DNA of 64,000 nt. Source: a virus. Within the stretch, counting starts at the first letter, position 1. Each line of letters opens with the position of its first letter. The notes under the pieces were generated by a model. The model searched no databases. It was given only the letters and a program-made list of their open reading frames with translations, and had not been told where the DNA came from. The stretch covers positions 17,645 to 81,644 of the IMG/VR virus record IMGVR_UViG_3300020596_000020; one strand, given 5' to 3'. This document shows, piece after piece, positions 1 through 9,531 of this stretch. The translations under genes and the position numbers were made by a program.

Positions 1-149
1 TTGCAAGTTCTCTGGTCGATGGCGACTCCTTGGTTCTTCCAAGCTGGACATGAGCAGCTGTAGACGCCACCGGTATTTTTCAGCTCGTACGGTTTCTTAC
101 CGGAGCCCTGGATGTACGCGATCTCGCCGTCTTTCAGAGTATTCGCCAT
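1..149 (-). CDS. SWIM zinc-finger protein N-terminus, probably ATP-dependent DNA ligase (runs off window edge)
   Basis: Manual translation from ATG at 149: MANTLKDGEIAYIQGSGKKPYELKNTGGVYSCSCPAWKNQGVAIDQRTCK. CxC...CK(H) SWIM pattern resembling the N-terminus of SWIM-ligase fusions. Confidence 0.65.
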   Translation of the reverse strand, partial: MANTLKDGEIAYIQGSGKKPYELKNTGGVYSCSCPAWKNQGVAIDQRTC

Positions 150-150
150 G

Positions 151-375
151 TCATACGCCTTCCGGGACTTCGATGAGATAGAGACCATCCAGTTGAGCAG
201 AGAACAGGCAGCTCATCAGATTCTTGATGACGTACGAGCGTGCTTCTTTGTAACGCTCGACCGACAGACCTGGCGTCTCAAGCACGCCGAGTCGAGCGAG
301 AATGCGCAGCGCGTCGCCGTACACGGGCGAGGTCGGCGGCAGGTCTTGCAGAACCGCTGTCAGTTTGTCGTTCAT
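151..375 (-). CDS. hypothetical protein
   Basis: 74-aa ORF; TAGAGT box 6 nt upstream of ATG. Confidence 0.6.
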   Translation of the reverse strand: MNDKLTAVLQDLPPTSPVYGDALRILARLGVLETPGLSVERYKEARSYVIKNLMSCLFSAQLDGLYLIEVPEGV

Positions 376-413
376 GAAACCACTCTACCAGAGTTAGGCA
401 AAAGAAGAACTCT

Positions 414-665
414 TCATGCTGGTTGACGACTCATGAATACAACGAGACCGAGCATCCACCATTCGATGAACTGTTGAGGGTGGAACCAGAACGATTCTTC
501 AACACTGGATTTCTGCCAGATTGTTTGAATCGTCTCGTCAGGCCATAAGCTTTCAATATAGATGATCTGTTCTGTGTTGCCTGATTCTTTGATACGATCA
601 ATCAATTCAAACAGCTTCCAAGAAGCTGTCACCGATCGCTCATCCATATAGTCGAGAAGTATCAT
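414..665 (-). CDS. hypothetical protein
   Basis: 83-aa ORF; TACCTT box 7 nt upstream of ATG. Confidence 0.55.
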   Translation of the reverse strand: MILLDYMDERSVTASWKLFELIDRIKESGNTEQIIYIESLWPDETIQTIWQKSSVEESFWFHPQQFIEWWMLGLVVFMSRQPA

Positions 666-781
666 TTTTCCAAAGGTAGATGCGAATGCACTCTCGCATC
701 ATGTTATGGATCTCGAGCACTTTCGGCTCGAACCGAAGTCACCATACTCACGCCCGCCGGAATCGAATCGGACCTCCATCA

Positions 782-1246
782 TCACCTCTTCCGTTTCGGG
801 CGGTAGGCCTTTCGCGCCGCAATGAAGCCTTCCACAAAACTCCGCATGATACTGTGGTCGCTGCGAGGGATCTTGTCCTCATTGGGGTCCCTCATCGTCG
901 AGTAGTTCCGGATAACCATGAGGTTGTAGTTGCCGCGGTCGTAGTGATTGATGTGCTTCTGGGCGAACAGATTGTAGAAGGGGAACTTCTTCAAGAACTG
1001 CCCTTGAAGACGACCAATCTCGTCTTCGTCGAGGTCGGCGCACCAGCTCATCAAGCTGAACGCTGGCATCATCGTCGCCTTGCTGATATCGTAGAAGCTG
1101 CTGTCTTCCTTGACCTTGTCGCCGAAGACGGCTCGCTTCTCGAGCTCAACGAGCTCGTTGCGATACTTCTGATCAAGCTCTTCTCGCACAGTCTCGAACG
1201 CTCGCTTGGTTTGCTCGTCGACATTCGTGTACTTGATGCTCATCAC
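782..1246 (-). CDS. hypothetical protein
   Basis: 154-aa ORF with a 4-nt start/stop overlap with the upstream ORF. Confidence 0.7.
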   Translation of the reverse strand: MMSIKYTNVDEQTKRAFETVREELDQKYRNELVELEKRAVFGDKVKEDSSFYDISKATMMPAFSLMSWCADLDEDEIGRLQGQFLKKFPFYNLFAQKHINHYDRGNYNLMVIRNYSTMRDPNEDKIPRSDHSIMRSFVEGFIAARKAYRPKRKR

Positions 1247-1467
1247 CGACCTCCTCCAGGCCCGTACTTCTCCACGTCTTCAAGCTCCTGCACGAGCCCG
1301 GCAAGACGGTTCGCCTGCACGGCCAAAGTCATCACGTCACTAATATGTGTGTTCAAGTCGGAGTGGGCACCGTCGCGGCACTTGCGCAGTGTCTCGGCGC
1401 GAATGAGGAGATTGTCGACAGCTTCGTTGCGCTGCTTGATACGATGCTGGAGGAGGGTTTCTTTCAC
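1243..1467 (-). CDS. hypothetical coiled-coil protein
   Basis: 74-aa ORF coupled on both sides by 4-nt overlaps. Confidence 0.65.
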   Translation of the reverse strand: MKETLLQHRIKQRNEAVDNLLIRAETLRKCRDGAHSDLNTHISDVMTLAVQANRLAGLVQELEDVEKYGPGGGR

Positions 1468-1652
1468 AAGTCACCTCGAGAAAGACATTGCACGACCCTA
1501 ATTGTGAAGATCGCTGGCCTGGCCAAGACGACGAAGATACTCAAGATCACTGAGAAAATGTCCACCCACTTGTCGAAGATTATTCTGCGACTCGCAATGA
1601 CACAAAGAATGCCAACTGTCATGTAGAGTACAACGAGGTGCGCAATGTTCAT
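1464..1652 (-). CDS. small membrane protein
   Basis: Two hydrophobic segments; TAGAGT 7 nt upstream of ATG. Confidence 0.6.
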   Translation of the reverse strand: MNIAHLVVLYMTVGILCVIASRRIIFDKWVDIFSVILSIFVVLARPAIFTIRVVQCLSRGDL

Positions 1653-1693
1653 GGAAAGAACTCTAATATCTCTGAGAGGGAAAAGATCTCTTC

Positions 1694-1873
1694 TTACAGG
1701 TCACCGTCCACGACGTGGTGATGAAACTTGACAACCCACTTGAACGGCCAGAAGACGAACGTCCAGAAGACGTAGACCACCGCGAAGAGGCCGCGTGTGT
1801 CGTTGATACTGTCGCGAGCGGCGATGCAGGTCAACACGGCCGGCATCAGGTAAACGAGCAGGAAGATGATCAC
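1694..1873 (-). CDS. small membrane protein
   Basis: GTG at 1873 overlaps the exonuclease stop; two TM-like segments, similar in layout to 1464-1652. Confidence 0.5.
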   Translation of the reverse strand: MIIFLLVYLMPAVLTCIAARDSINDTRGLFAVVYVFWTFVFWPFKWVVKFHHHVVDGDL

Positions 1874-2742
1874 AGCGAAGCTTCCTTCAAGGCGCCAAAC
1901 GTGTCCACGAAGCGACTGTACGCCGGCTCCTCGGCGAGCGAAGGCATGTCCAACATCAGAAAGTCGATCATGCACGCCGCCGGGTCGAACTTGCCGCTGT
2001 CGAGCTGCACCTTACGCCACTCGTCCTTGTCGAGCTCGTAGAACTTAACGAGCTTGAGGTTTCGTTCGTAGATCTCGTTCTGCTCCAACGGCAGATTGGC
2101 AACATCGAACGATCCGTCGGCAATGGAGGCACACAGCTTGAGTGCCTTCTTCGGCCCGTACCCGCCGATGCCCGGGATGTTGTCCGACTTGTCACCGACG
2201 ATAGCCTTATAGACCAACACGTCGTGGTCGGGCGTTGTCACAAACTCCTTGATACCGTAGTTGTAGAGACGGATGTGCTCGGATTCGCGGAGAAGCTGAG
2301 TGAAGTCCTTGTCGTTGGACGCGATGATGCAGTTCTTACCTTTCTTTGCGAGGGCGCGGGCCACGTTCGCAATGAGGTCGTCGGCTTCGCACTTGGGATG
2401 CTTGATGACGGTCACCTCCAGGTTCTTGAGAGCGAAGTTGATCGCCTCGTCAACCTGCTTCTTCAGCATCATGATATCTGCGAACTTCTTCTCAGCTTCC
2501 GGATCGTCAGATTTCACCTTTCTGTGACCCTTATATTCCGGGTAGATTTCGTAGCGATGTGCCGGCGAGCCTTCTTTTACCAAAATAAGTGAACTAGGCT
2601 TAAGCGTGTCAACGAGAGCACGAAGGTTGCGCAGGAACTGGAAGGTGAAGTTCGACTTCACGCCTTCCGGCAGCGGCTTGCCGAAGGACATGCGACACCT
2701 AAACGCAAAGTTTTGGAGGTCCAGCAGGAGGATTCCGTTCAT
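1870..2742 (-). CDS. 5'-3' exonuclease / flap endonuclease (T4 RNase H / PolI N-terminal-like)
   Basis: LLLD N-terminal strand, YPEYKGHR, EADDLIA, SNDKDFTQL, GDKSDNIPGIGGYGPKKA (H3TH). Confidence 0.93.
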   Translation of the reverse strand: MNGILLLDLQNFAFRCRMSFGKPLPEGVKSNFTFQFLRNLRALVDTLKPSSLILVKEGSPAHRYEIYPEYKGHRKVKSDDPEAEKKFADIMMLKKQVDEAINFALKNLEVTVIKHPKCEADDLIANVARALAKKGKNCIIASNDKDFTQLLRESEHIRLYNYGIKEFVTTPDHDVLVYKAIVGDKSDNIPGIGGYGPKKALKLCASIADGSFDVANLPLEQNEIYERNLKLVKFYELDKDEWRKVQLDSGKFDPAACMIDFLMLDMPSLAEEPAYSRFVDTFGALKEASL

Positions 2743-2757
2743 AAAGTCACTATATCA
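2743..2757 (-). promoter_or_regulatory. extended -10 promoter (TGnTATAGT) 6 nt upstream of ATG, example of the leaderless class
   Basis: TGATATAGT-gacttt-ATG; the same geometry recurs at more than 12 genes. Confidence 0.65.
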
Positions 2758-2782
2758 GCTAACTTTGGAACAGGATCTCTTC

Positions 2783-3424
2783 ATGACTGTCTTCTTCGTC
2801 TACATCGATTGGACACTCGAGTCTTCACCTCGTGTCTTCTATGTTGGCAAAGGCAATGAGCGTCGCGTCGGTCTCCGTGACCGTGACAACAGTCATTGGA
2901 AACGCATCGCATCCAAATACGGTTGGCGTCGTGAGGTCGTGTTGGCCACGAAAGATGAAGCGTTCGCGCTTGACGAGGAGAAGCGCTTCATCAAGGAACA
3001 TCGCACGTTCCAAGGGTATGACGACTACCTCTGGGGTGCGAACAAGACATTGGGTGGTGAAGGCACGAGCGGCCTTCGGTTCCGTCGTTCACCTGACTCC
3101 ATTGAACGACAGCGTTGTGCCCAACTTGGCAAGAAGCGTGGTCCAATAGTAAAACTCGCCGGGGTCAATCATCCGATGTATGGAAAACATGGTCGCGATA
3201 ACCCGAACTACGGATCAAAACGATCTGTCGATTACCTCACCAGGTGCAGCGGCGAGAACAGTCCGAACGCAGTCATGACTTGGGCGTTGGTTACCATTCT
3301 CCGTGAGAGATACGCCCAAGGAGAAAAGCAGGCAGACTTGGCGCGAGCTTTCGACATCACGCCACACTCAGTGTACATGATCGTGCACAACAAGACTTGG
3401 AAGACTACATCTTCGTCGTGGTGA
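2783..3424 (+). mobile_element. free-standing GIY-YIG-type homing endonuclease with NUMOD3-like/HTH C-terminus
   Basis: Start ATG 2783. FFVY...FYVGKG...R, EEKRFI, ANKTLGGEG, NHPMYGK/NPNYG repeats, C-terminal HTH. Confidence 0.8.
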
Positions 3425-3614
3425 ACTGCACGCTGACGCTGACGTTGAACGGGAGGTAGAGCCTCCACTCCGTCTGAACATCTTCTTCATGCTCGAACAC
3501 GAACTTATACAGTGTGACCCAGCCGCGGCGCCACCTGATGATCTGTGTGTACGTGAGTACAAGGTCGCCCTCGACTCCAACGCGATCCCACTCCCAGGTC
3601 CACCACTTACTCAT
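3405..3614 (-). CDS. hypothetical protein
   Basis: 69-aa ORF coupled to the upstream ORF. Confidence 0.5.
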   Translation of the reverse strand: MSKWWTWEWDRVGVEGDLVLTYTQIIRWRRGWVTLYKFVFEHEEDVQTEWRLYLPFNVSVSVQFTTTKM

Positions 3615-4126
3615 GCTGACACCATGTTATCAAAATGGATGGATCTCGTCGCGCCGTCCTTGTCCAAGCGTACGAGCACGTGTCCGGGGTACAGTTCACA
3701 GAGGCCAAGAACCGTCGCTGACTCGTCTGTCGAGTACGTGAGAACGTGTTGTCCAACAGCGTACGGGCAGTACAACCCGATGCGAGCGCGGAAGTCATCC
3801 CACGCTGCACGTGTCTGTTCTTTGTTGAGATCTGCTTGTACCTCAAAGCTGACACCCTGAATGTTGCTGACGTACACGCGCCAACCGTTGCGCTCCCAGA
3901 TCCAGAAGCGATACACGCCGACCCAGGTGTAATCCTGTTGTCCGAGGATGGCCTTGTAGAAGCCAACCGTCTTGATCCACCCCTTACGCTTGTACGCGCC
4001 AAGAGCGATCGTTCGCGGAGCCATGTATATGGCCATCATCTCGGATTGGAAGGCCGTCTTCTCCTCGTCGGTCCAGTCCCAGATCTTGTTGACGATCGGC
4101 GTGCTCTCCCACCTCTCCCACATCAC
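3611..4126 (-). CDS. hypothetical protein
   Basis: 171-aa ORF with overlapping start/stop coupling. Confidence 0.65.
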   Translation of the reverse strand: MMWERWESTPIVNKIWDWTDEEKTAFQSEMMAIYMAPRTIALGAYKRKGWIKTVGFYKAILGQQDYTWVGVYRFWIWERNGWRVYVSNIQGVSFEVQADLNKEQTRAAWDDFRARIGLYCPYAVGQHVLTYSTDESATVLGLCELYPGHVLVRLDKDGATRSIHFDNMVSA

Positions 4127-4554
4127 TTCGTCTCCGGAGGCAGCAGTTCTTTCAGAAGCTTGGCCAAGCAGCTCGCCACAACGTTGAACCCGTTTGCGCG
4201 CTTGCGACGCTGTCGGTCGAACTTCTCCAGCTCGAGAACAAGCTCCCTGATGCCTGGCACAAGCGTGCTCAGACCCAGGCCACAGCGATCCGAGAACAAC
4301 GTCGCGGCTCTTGCCGCGACGCGAGCGTTCTCCTCAGCACGAAGCTTACGCAGGTCAGTCCATTGGTTATTGATGTCACCGCTACCCCAACACTCGTCGC
4401 AGACGTCCTGCATCATGGAAGCGCCACCCATCCCGCCTCTCCATGTCGAGGTTGACCCGTACATGCGAGTACCAAAGCCACGACATGCCTCGCAAGGCGT
4501 CTCGATGTCTCGATAGCGATACATCCACTTGAAATGCTCTTCTGTGTCGCTCAT
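4123..4554 (-). CDS. zinc-finger protein (DnaJ-type CxxCxGxG repeats)
   Basis: CEACRGFG and CDECWGSG; start MSDTEEH at 4554 overlaps the upstream stop. Confidence 0.7.
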   Translation of the reverse strand: MSDTEEHFKWMYRYRDIETPCEACRGFGTRMYGSTSTWRGGMGGASMMQDVCDECWGSGDINNQWTDLRKLRAEENARVAARAATLFSDRCGLGLSTLVPGIRELVLELEKFDRQRRKRANGFNVVASCLAKLLKELLPPETK

Positions 4555-4790
4555 CGCACTCTCCGACAGTTGCTGCCCGGCTGCCCGGGCTCGTTGGAGT
4601 GAGTGCAGAAGTTGCCATGATAAGTCGCCTTGGGGCAACGCTTGTTCCCACAAGTGGGACATAGGACCATACGAGATTTGACAGGGTTGAACGGGTTGAA
4701 CGGGTTGAACGGGTTGAACGGGTTGAACGGGTTGAACGGATCGTTCGAATTATCGAGACATGTGTAACAAGCGTCGCACTTCTCAGACAT
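4551..4790 (-). CDS. small Cys-rich protein with NPF repeat
   Basis: CDACYTC...CPTCGNKRCPKAT..C; TAATAT 6 nt upstream of ATG. Confidence 0.7.
   Translation of the reverse strand: MSEKCDACYTCLDNSNDPFNPFNPFNPFNPFNPFNPVKSRMVLCPTCGNKRCPKATYHGNFCTHSNEPGQPGSNCRRVR
4684..4737. repeat. 9-bp tandem repeat (gggttgaac) x6
   Basis: Six perfect copies read directly; encodes repeated (F)NP in 4551-4790. Confidence 0.97.
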
Positions 4791-4829
4791 AACGTCATAT
4801 TACTGTATGAAGGCGCGCATTGTTACTCT

Positions 4830-5609
4830 TCAGAACACGAACCCGGGCACACGCGTTACGACCCACGTATCGCTCGTTTCGACCCATCCGATGTAACTTT
4901 CATCGACCCAAACATGACCGTTGTCGCCCCAACCAGCGCCCCAACTGTTACGCAGCAAAAATTCGCGACGGCCGTTCGCAGTGGTTCGCACACCAACGAC
5001 AATCATGGCATGATAGCCGACCCAAGACGACGGCGGCATCCACACCTTACCGCCACCGTGGTAGGCGATGAAGGAGTTATCAACCGCAGTGGCGATGGTG
5101 ACCGGGTGGTTGGCTCGCACAGCGACCTCGACACCATCAGCTCGTGAGGTCGCGCCGCCGTAGATGCGGTAATACTCGAGCACTTTGTTATCAAGACTCT
5201 CTTTATATGCGCGCAGCGGCGGCTGAGCGAACACTTTGGTGACGTCGTAAGGCCAAGTCTCCTCGCGGCACACACCGAGTGTACGAAGACTATCGATCGC
5301 GTTGGCGATGAAAGTGCCTTCATCAAGGCCAGTATCTCGAGTGTAACTTCGTGCTGACCAATAGAGATGCAAACGTGAGATCTGGACGACGTTCGTCGGA
5401 TCTTCCAGACCGATGACGATCTCAAGTAAATCGCCAACGCAGTTAGCGACGCAGCTGTTCAATGAGAGCTGATTGGAGATCGGAGTGTGCTCCGGGATGA
5501 CGTGTTCGCTACTTGTCGCGGCGGCCGTCGCGAAGGCGGGCATGGCGACCGTAAACGGCTTAACGTGAGGAGTCTTGAGACTGGGCTTGTAGCCTGTGTA
5601 GAAGGTCAC
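4830..5609 (-). CDS. papain-like (C1) cysteine protease
   Basis: NQLSLNSCVAN (oxyanion Gln, catalytic Cys), YHAMIVVG (His), RNSWGAGWGDNG (Asn). Confidence 0.9.
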   Translation of the reverse strand: MTFYTGYKPSLKTPHVKPFTVAMPAFATAAATSSEHVIPEHTPISNQLSLNSCVANCVGDLLEIVIGLEDPTNVVQISRLHLYWSARSYTRDTGLDEGTFIANAIDSLRTLGVCREETWPYDVTKVFAQPPLRAYKESLDNKVLEYYRIYGGATSRADGVEVAVRANHPVTIATAVDNSFIAYHGGGKVWMPPSSWVGYHAMIVVGVRTTANGRREFLLRNSWGAGWGDNGHVWVDESYIGWVETSDTWVVTRVPGFVF

Positions 5610-5628
5610 ATGATCTAACTAGCGAGGA

Positions 5629-6210
5629 TCAATTGTTGCTGTTTCTCAAGTTCTTGAGGGCTTTTCCCGCATCGGCCGCGGCCGATGCACTCGCGGGCGC
5701 AAAAGAGTATCTTTCCACATCACGTAGAAACTCTGCTAAAGGTTTGATAGGTGTGCCTTCAGATGTTTCGGACGAGCTGATCAACCCGTAACTACAACCA
5801 GAGTTAGTAGCCTTGACTTTTGTCGGTTTATACTCATAGGACATGTCAGAAGGGCCTACACCGTAGACGTCTTCGTGAGCGAGCTTCTTGCCGCTGTTCT
5901 CGTCGCTGGTTCTCGCGAAAAAGTGAACCTCATCGTAATCAAGACAATCGAGATCGTCGAAATGTTCCTCGCTCAACAACCATTCGATCGCTTCAAAGTC
6001 TCCATCAAAAGCAGAAAATAACTTGAACGTGAGTTCAGGCGGAAGCCCAGATATGTTACTCTTCGAGAGACTGAAGAAACCTTCAGCCGAATCGTAGACA
6101 CGAAGAATCGACATCCCGGTCAGCGCCACGAAGACCGTTGCGGCTTGCTTGTCTATCAGATTATTGTTGTCGATGAACTGTAAGGTTTGTGTAGGAGTGA
6201 TCTTTCGCAT
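5629..6210 (-). CDS. hypothetical protein
   Basis: Likely start MRKITP at 6210, just after the upstream stop. Confidence 0.55.
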   Translation of the reverse strand: MRKITPTQTLQFIDNNNLIDKQAATVFVALTGMSILRVYDSAEGFFSLSKSNISGLPPELTFKLFSAFDGDFEAIEWLLSEEHFDDLDCLDYDEVHFFARTSDENSGKKLAHEDVYGVGPSDMSYEYKPTKVKATNSGCSYGLISSSETSEGTPIKPLAEFLRDVERYSFAPASASAAADAGKALKNLRNSNN

Positions 6211-6211
6211 A

Positions 6212-6535
6212 TCATAATCGTTTCGGCAGCGGGTTGCTCGTCCCCGTGCACACATCGACTTCTGAGCAAGACTTAATGTTTGCGAGACAGCGCGGATTTG
6301 GAAAAATTCCTGCAGCCGATAGCTCACGACAAATATCGGAGAATCTTGTGCCACGCTTTGTTGGTTGGCCTTCCGGACAGCTTAGAGCAATCAGGTGAAT
6401 CTCGGCGGCGTCGCACATGTCAACGTCGGTGGGAATCGGCGTCGGACGAGGCACGACAGGATCAGAACCCTGTGACGGTGGACACGCGCTGTTGCTTAGC
6501 GCTACGATGATGGCGACGATCGGTCCGAATCTCAT
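6212..6535 (-). CDS. Cys-rich lipoprotein
   Basis: Signal peptide with SNSAC lipobox-like end; further paired Cys. Confidence 0.65.
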   Translation of the reverse strand: MRFGPIVAIIVALSNSACPPSQGSDPVVPRPTPIPTDVDMCDAAEIHLIALSCPEGQPTKRGTRFSDICRELSAAGIFPNPRCLANIKSCSEVDVCTGTSNPLPKRL

Positions 6536-6768
6536 CGTGACCCCTTGAATGCGCCGAGTGGAATCATCTTGAGAGCTGTGATGGACATCTCAGCCGTCTT
6601 CCAGAACTCCGCAAGCTCCGCGTCGGACTTGATCTCCCCCGTGTCGACCATGTGAGTGACGAGATCCTGGATGCGTTGACGGACCTCTTCCTTCTTCATA
6701 TACTCTTTTGAGGCTTTAATGGCCTCATCTAACACGATGCGGCGCACTTTGCTGACGACGTCGCTCAT
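6532..6768 (-). CDS. hypothetical protein
   Basis: 78-aa ORF; TAGGTA 6 nt upstream of ATG. Confidence 0.65.
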   Translation of the reverse strand: MSDVVSKVRRIVLDEAIKASKEYMKKEEVRQRIQDLVTHMVDTGEIKSDAELAEFWKTAEMSITALKMIPLGAFKGSR

Positions 6769-6973
6769 GCTTCTTACCTATCGCTCCCGAGCTTCAAGAA
6801 AGATCTCTGGTCAGGCTCCCAGTCGAAGGTCATGTCTTCGTAGGTGACTATCGACGCCAGCTTGAACGTTCCAGACGCCAGCAAAACATAGAAGAGGTCA
6901 TCGTCGGTCTGGATCCAGACGAGAACTTCGTCGTCACCGACGATGACCTCTTCAGGTCGTCTTACCCAGGTTC

Positions 6974-7279
6974 TCACGGCTTGTGCAGCGTGAACGCGAG
7001 CGGTTTGCATTCCGCGCCAGACTTGACGTAAGGGTTGTCTTCAAGCACAACCACGTGTGCTCGAAGCTCGTTGTGCTCTGTGATAGTCGCTGGTGTGATG
7101 AGCAAGACGCGCACCGACTTGCTGCCATCGACGCGCATCATGTACTGGTCGCCGACGACGAGTTCGACCGAAGCCAGTGCTCGCACGTCGTCGGCGTTCC
7201 GACGAACGTTGTAGTCGAAGAAGTCATACGTGCTGATCTCGCCGCTCGGTCCGCTGTAGTAGTGCCAATCCTTCTTCAT
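6974..7279 (-). CDS. hypothetical protein
   Basis: 101-aa coupled ORF. Confidence 0.6.
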   Translation of the reverse strand: MKKDWHYYSGPSGEISTYDFFDYNVRRNADDVRALASVELVVGDQYMMRVDGSKSVRVLLITPATITEHNELRAHVVVLEDNPYVKSGAECKPLAFTLHKP

Positions 7280-7590
7280 TCAGCAGGCTTCTCTGACGCT
7301 TCCATTCTGTACCAGGTGTGCTGCATGTTAACAGTCCACTGCGATTGCTTCTCTATCCACTGCTCAAAGTTTTTCTTGAGATGCTCGAGCGCGAGCTCGA
7401 GCGTCAGATAGACCTTGCCGTTGATCTCGTCGAGCCTGAACGTCTTCTTTTCAGGTCCTGAAGTGATGAGATATGTGACATCCTCACCCGCGAAACTGCG
7501 ACGACGGAGCTCCTCGCACACCTGCATAGGGACAATTTTGTCCGTTTCCGCGGAGAGTACGTAAATAATCTGCCCAACGTCCATGTTCAC
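7276..7590 (-). CDS. hypothetical protein
   Basis: 104-aa ORF in a tightly packed run. Confidence 0.65.
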   Translation of the reverse strand: MNMDVGQIIYVLSAETDKIVPMQVCEELRRRSFAGEDVTYLITSGPEKKTFRLDEINGKVYLTLELALEHLKKNFEQWIEKQSQWTVNMQHTWYRMEASEKPAE

Positions 7591-7938
7591 TTATTCCTCC
7601 AGTTTATAAACGTGCATCGCTGGGATGTGCGCCGCGCTGACAGCGAATGTAGGCGCTTGTTTACCAGTCACGATGCCGAGCGCCACACAGGCTTTTGCGA
7701 TCTTCTTCCAGAGTGTGTGCTCGAGCTTCGTCCGATTGCTGATCGCTGCGAGATACTCGGCGATCGTCGCCTCAGTCATGACAACCCCAGCAGACTCTTC
7801 ATCTTCTTTAGTCGTTGCAACCGGCGTCATGATAGGCATCACGACGCCGAATATGTCACGTAACATCTCAAGCTCCTTCGAGGTAAGCGGTACGTCGACG
7901 GTCTGTTCGCTGACGCTAGACTTCTTCTTCGCCGTCAT
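7591..7938 (-). CDS. hypothetical protein
   Basis: 115-aa ORF in a tightly packed run. Confidence 0.65.
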   Translation of the reverse strand: MTAKKKSSVSEQTVDVPLTSKELEMLRDIFGVVMPIMTPVATTKEDEESAGVVMTEATIAEYLAAISNRTKLEHTLWKKIAKACVALGIVTGKQAPTFAVSAAHIPAMHVYKLEE

Positions 7939-8222
7939 CAGACGTTGAGGTCCCGTGTCTCGAGGATCTCCATAAAGGTGTCGAGTGTGTGCTTGTGTTC
8001 AGCGGCACGCTTCACCTTGACAATCTTCATTGCTGCGTTAAGCGTCTTCATATCGAGTTTTTCCTTGAACTCTTCGATAAGTTCCTTGCGGTCAGCCTTG
8101 AGCAGATCCTGTTCCTGCTCGATCGTGGCGAGTCGCTTCGTAAACTCTTCCACCACTGCGGTGAGCTCGTTGAGTTCGTCGGGTTGCTGCGCGCCGGTCT
8201 GAGTGTCATTAGTGTTTGCCAT
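7938..8222 (-). CDS. dsDNA-binding protein, GapR/DUF2312 or T4 DsbA-like
   Basis: LTAVVEEFTKRLATIEQEQDLLKADRKELIEEFKEKLDMKTLNAAMKIVK helical pattern. Confidence 0.6.
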   Translation of the reverse strand: MANTNDTQTGAQQPDELNELTAVVEEFTKRLATIEQEQDLLKADRKELIEEFKEKLDMKTLNAAMKIVKVKRAAEHKHTLDTFMEILETRDLNV

Positions 8223-8237
8223 ATCGGCAAACTTACG

Positions 8238-9293
8238 TCACTTCAACGACTGAAGCATACTTTTGAGCGACGTGACGTAAGGACTCTGGTCAGAGACACC
8301 CATTCCCATGGCGTGCTTGATCTGGTTCTCGATTTGCGCCGCATAGAACGCCTTCATAGAGGCTTTCGCCTGCTCTAGCAACGCTTCGTCGGCGTCGGCC
8401 TTCTCATCAGGTTCAAGCGCTTCGTAGTCTTGCGGGACCTGCCAGGCGCCGCCTGACGCGTGCGCGAGGTCCTCAACTGTGTTTGCGTTGAGCACTGGTT
8501 GCATCGCCTGTTTTAGCGCCATGTTCGTGTTTTTGTCGATCAGTGCTGCGTCCTTCTTCATCTCGATGACGAGCGGGGACTGCGCGACCATTTTCGCAAA
8601 CTCTGGCGACATGAGCGCGTCGGCGATGAACTCGCCGGGGGTCTTCTTTTTAGGCGCGGCGACTGCGGCCTCGGAGCGAGGGCCGGCTTGTTGCGGAACG
8701 GGCGCGCCCGGTGCTTGAGCGCCGTACATCCGGTTGCGAATGTCTCGGAGATATAGCGAGAGAACCTGATTGCCTTCGGCGATAGTGTCGTAGACGGTGA
8801 GAATCGCCTCGGGCTTAGCCGTGATCGTCTTGTATGTGAGCCACGTCGTCGGGTTGTGCATGAAGGAGAAAAGCTGGATGTCGGGGTTGTCGTAGGCCTC
8901 GTTGACCGCCGCGTAGGCGTCTTTATACTTCTCAGTGATCTTCTTGATGTACTTTGCCTGCGTTGCCTCGATCTTCTTATAATCGACCTGGAAACTCGGG
9001 ACCAAGATGCCGAGCGCGGACTCTAGAGTCGTGCGCACCAACGTGATCAAGCTCACGCCGATTTTGCCAATCTCTGCGCCGATCACCTTGATCGCGTTGA
9101 CGAACGGGTCAATGAAGATCGAGCCCAGATCCATCCCCATGACGCCGGACTTGGTGTGCTTCGACGAGCCGCCGTAACCGCCGGTCCACGGCGTCGCGCC
9201 GCCGTAGTTCGTACCACCGATGCCGTAATCGCCAAACTCCTCTTTGAGCGTGTTGCGAACAGCCTCGCGCAGCAGCTTTTCGTCAGACTTCAC
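8238..9293 (-). CDS. hypothetical protein, probable virion protein with N-terminal LRE motif
   Basis: MKSDEKLLREAVRNTLKEE; TAGTTA 6 nt upstream of GTG. Confidence 0.7.
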   Translation of the reverse strand: MKSDEKLLREAVRNTLKEEFGDYGIGGTNYGGATPWTGGYGGSSKHTKSGVMGMDLGSIFIDPFVNAIKVIGAEIGKIGVSLITLVRTTLESALGILVPSFQVDYKKIEATQAKYIKKITEKYKDAYAAVNEAYDNPDIQLFSFMHNPTTWLTYKTITAKPEAILTVYDTIAEGNQVLSLYLRDIRNRMYGAQAPGAPVPQQAGPRSEAAVAAPKKKTPGEFIADALMSPEFAKMVAQSPLVIEMKKDAALIDKNTNMALKQAMQPVLNANTVEDLAHASGGAWQVPQDYEALEPDEKADADEALLEQAKASMKAFYAAQIENQIKHAMGMGVSDQSPYVTSLKSMLQSLK

Positions 9294-9305
9294 AGTCAGT
9301 AACTA
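9294..9305 (-). promoter_or_regulatory. TAGTTA box 6 nt upstream of start, example of the candidate late-promoter class
   Basis: Identical TAGTTA-N6-GTG at 5609; TAGTTA-N8-ATG at 16163. Confidence 0.5.
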
Positions 9306-9321
9306 CGTCACATGCATACAT

Positions 9322-9531
9322 CTACGCTACACGCTTCCATTTGGACATCCAGTTTTCGATAATAGAGAGCAAAACATCGATCTGCGTTGCGTCTTCCATA
9401 CACGAAAGTCTGTAGTGACGAAAAAGCCTGCTTTGATCTGCCAGCCCAGCCATTGACCGATCCATCTCGTTGATGACGATCCAATGCAAGTCATAAAACT
9501 TGTAGATCCTTCCGATAATGTCACTCATCAT
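9322..9531 (-). CDS. small hypothetical protein (GxxW/Y...WxxV family)
   Basis: IIGRIYKF...KWKRVA. Confidence 0.55.
   Translation of the reverse strand: MMSDIIGRIYKFYDLHWIVINEMDRSMAGLADQSRLFRHYRLSCMEDATQIDVLLSIIENWMSKWKRVA

Noticed and set aside
4684-4737. CRISPR array, or eukaryotic EH-domain-binding NPF motifs
   Set aside because: The units are 9 bp with no spacers, and the context is bacteriophage-like, so an endocytic motif is unsupported. No CRISPR array was seen anywhere in the window.
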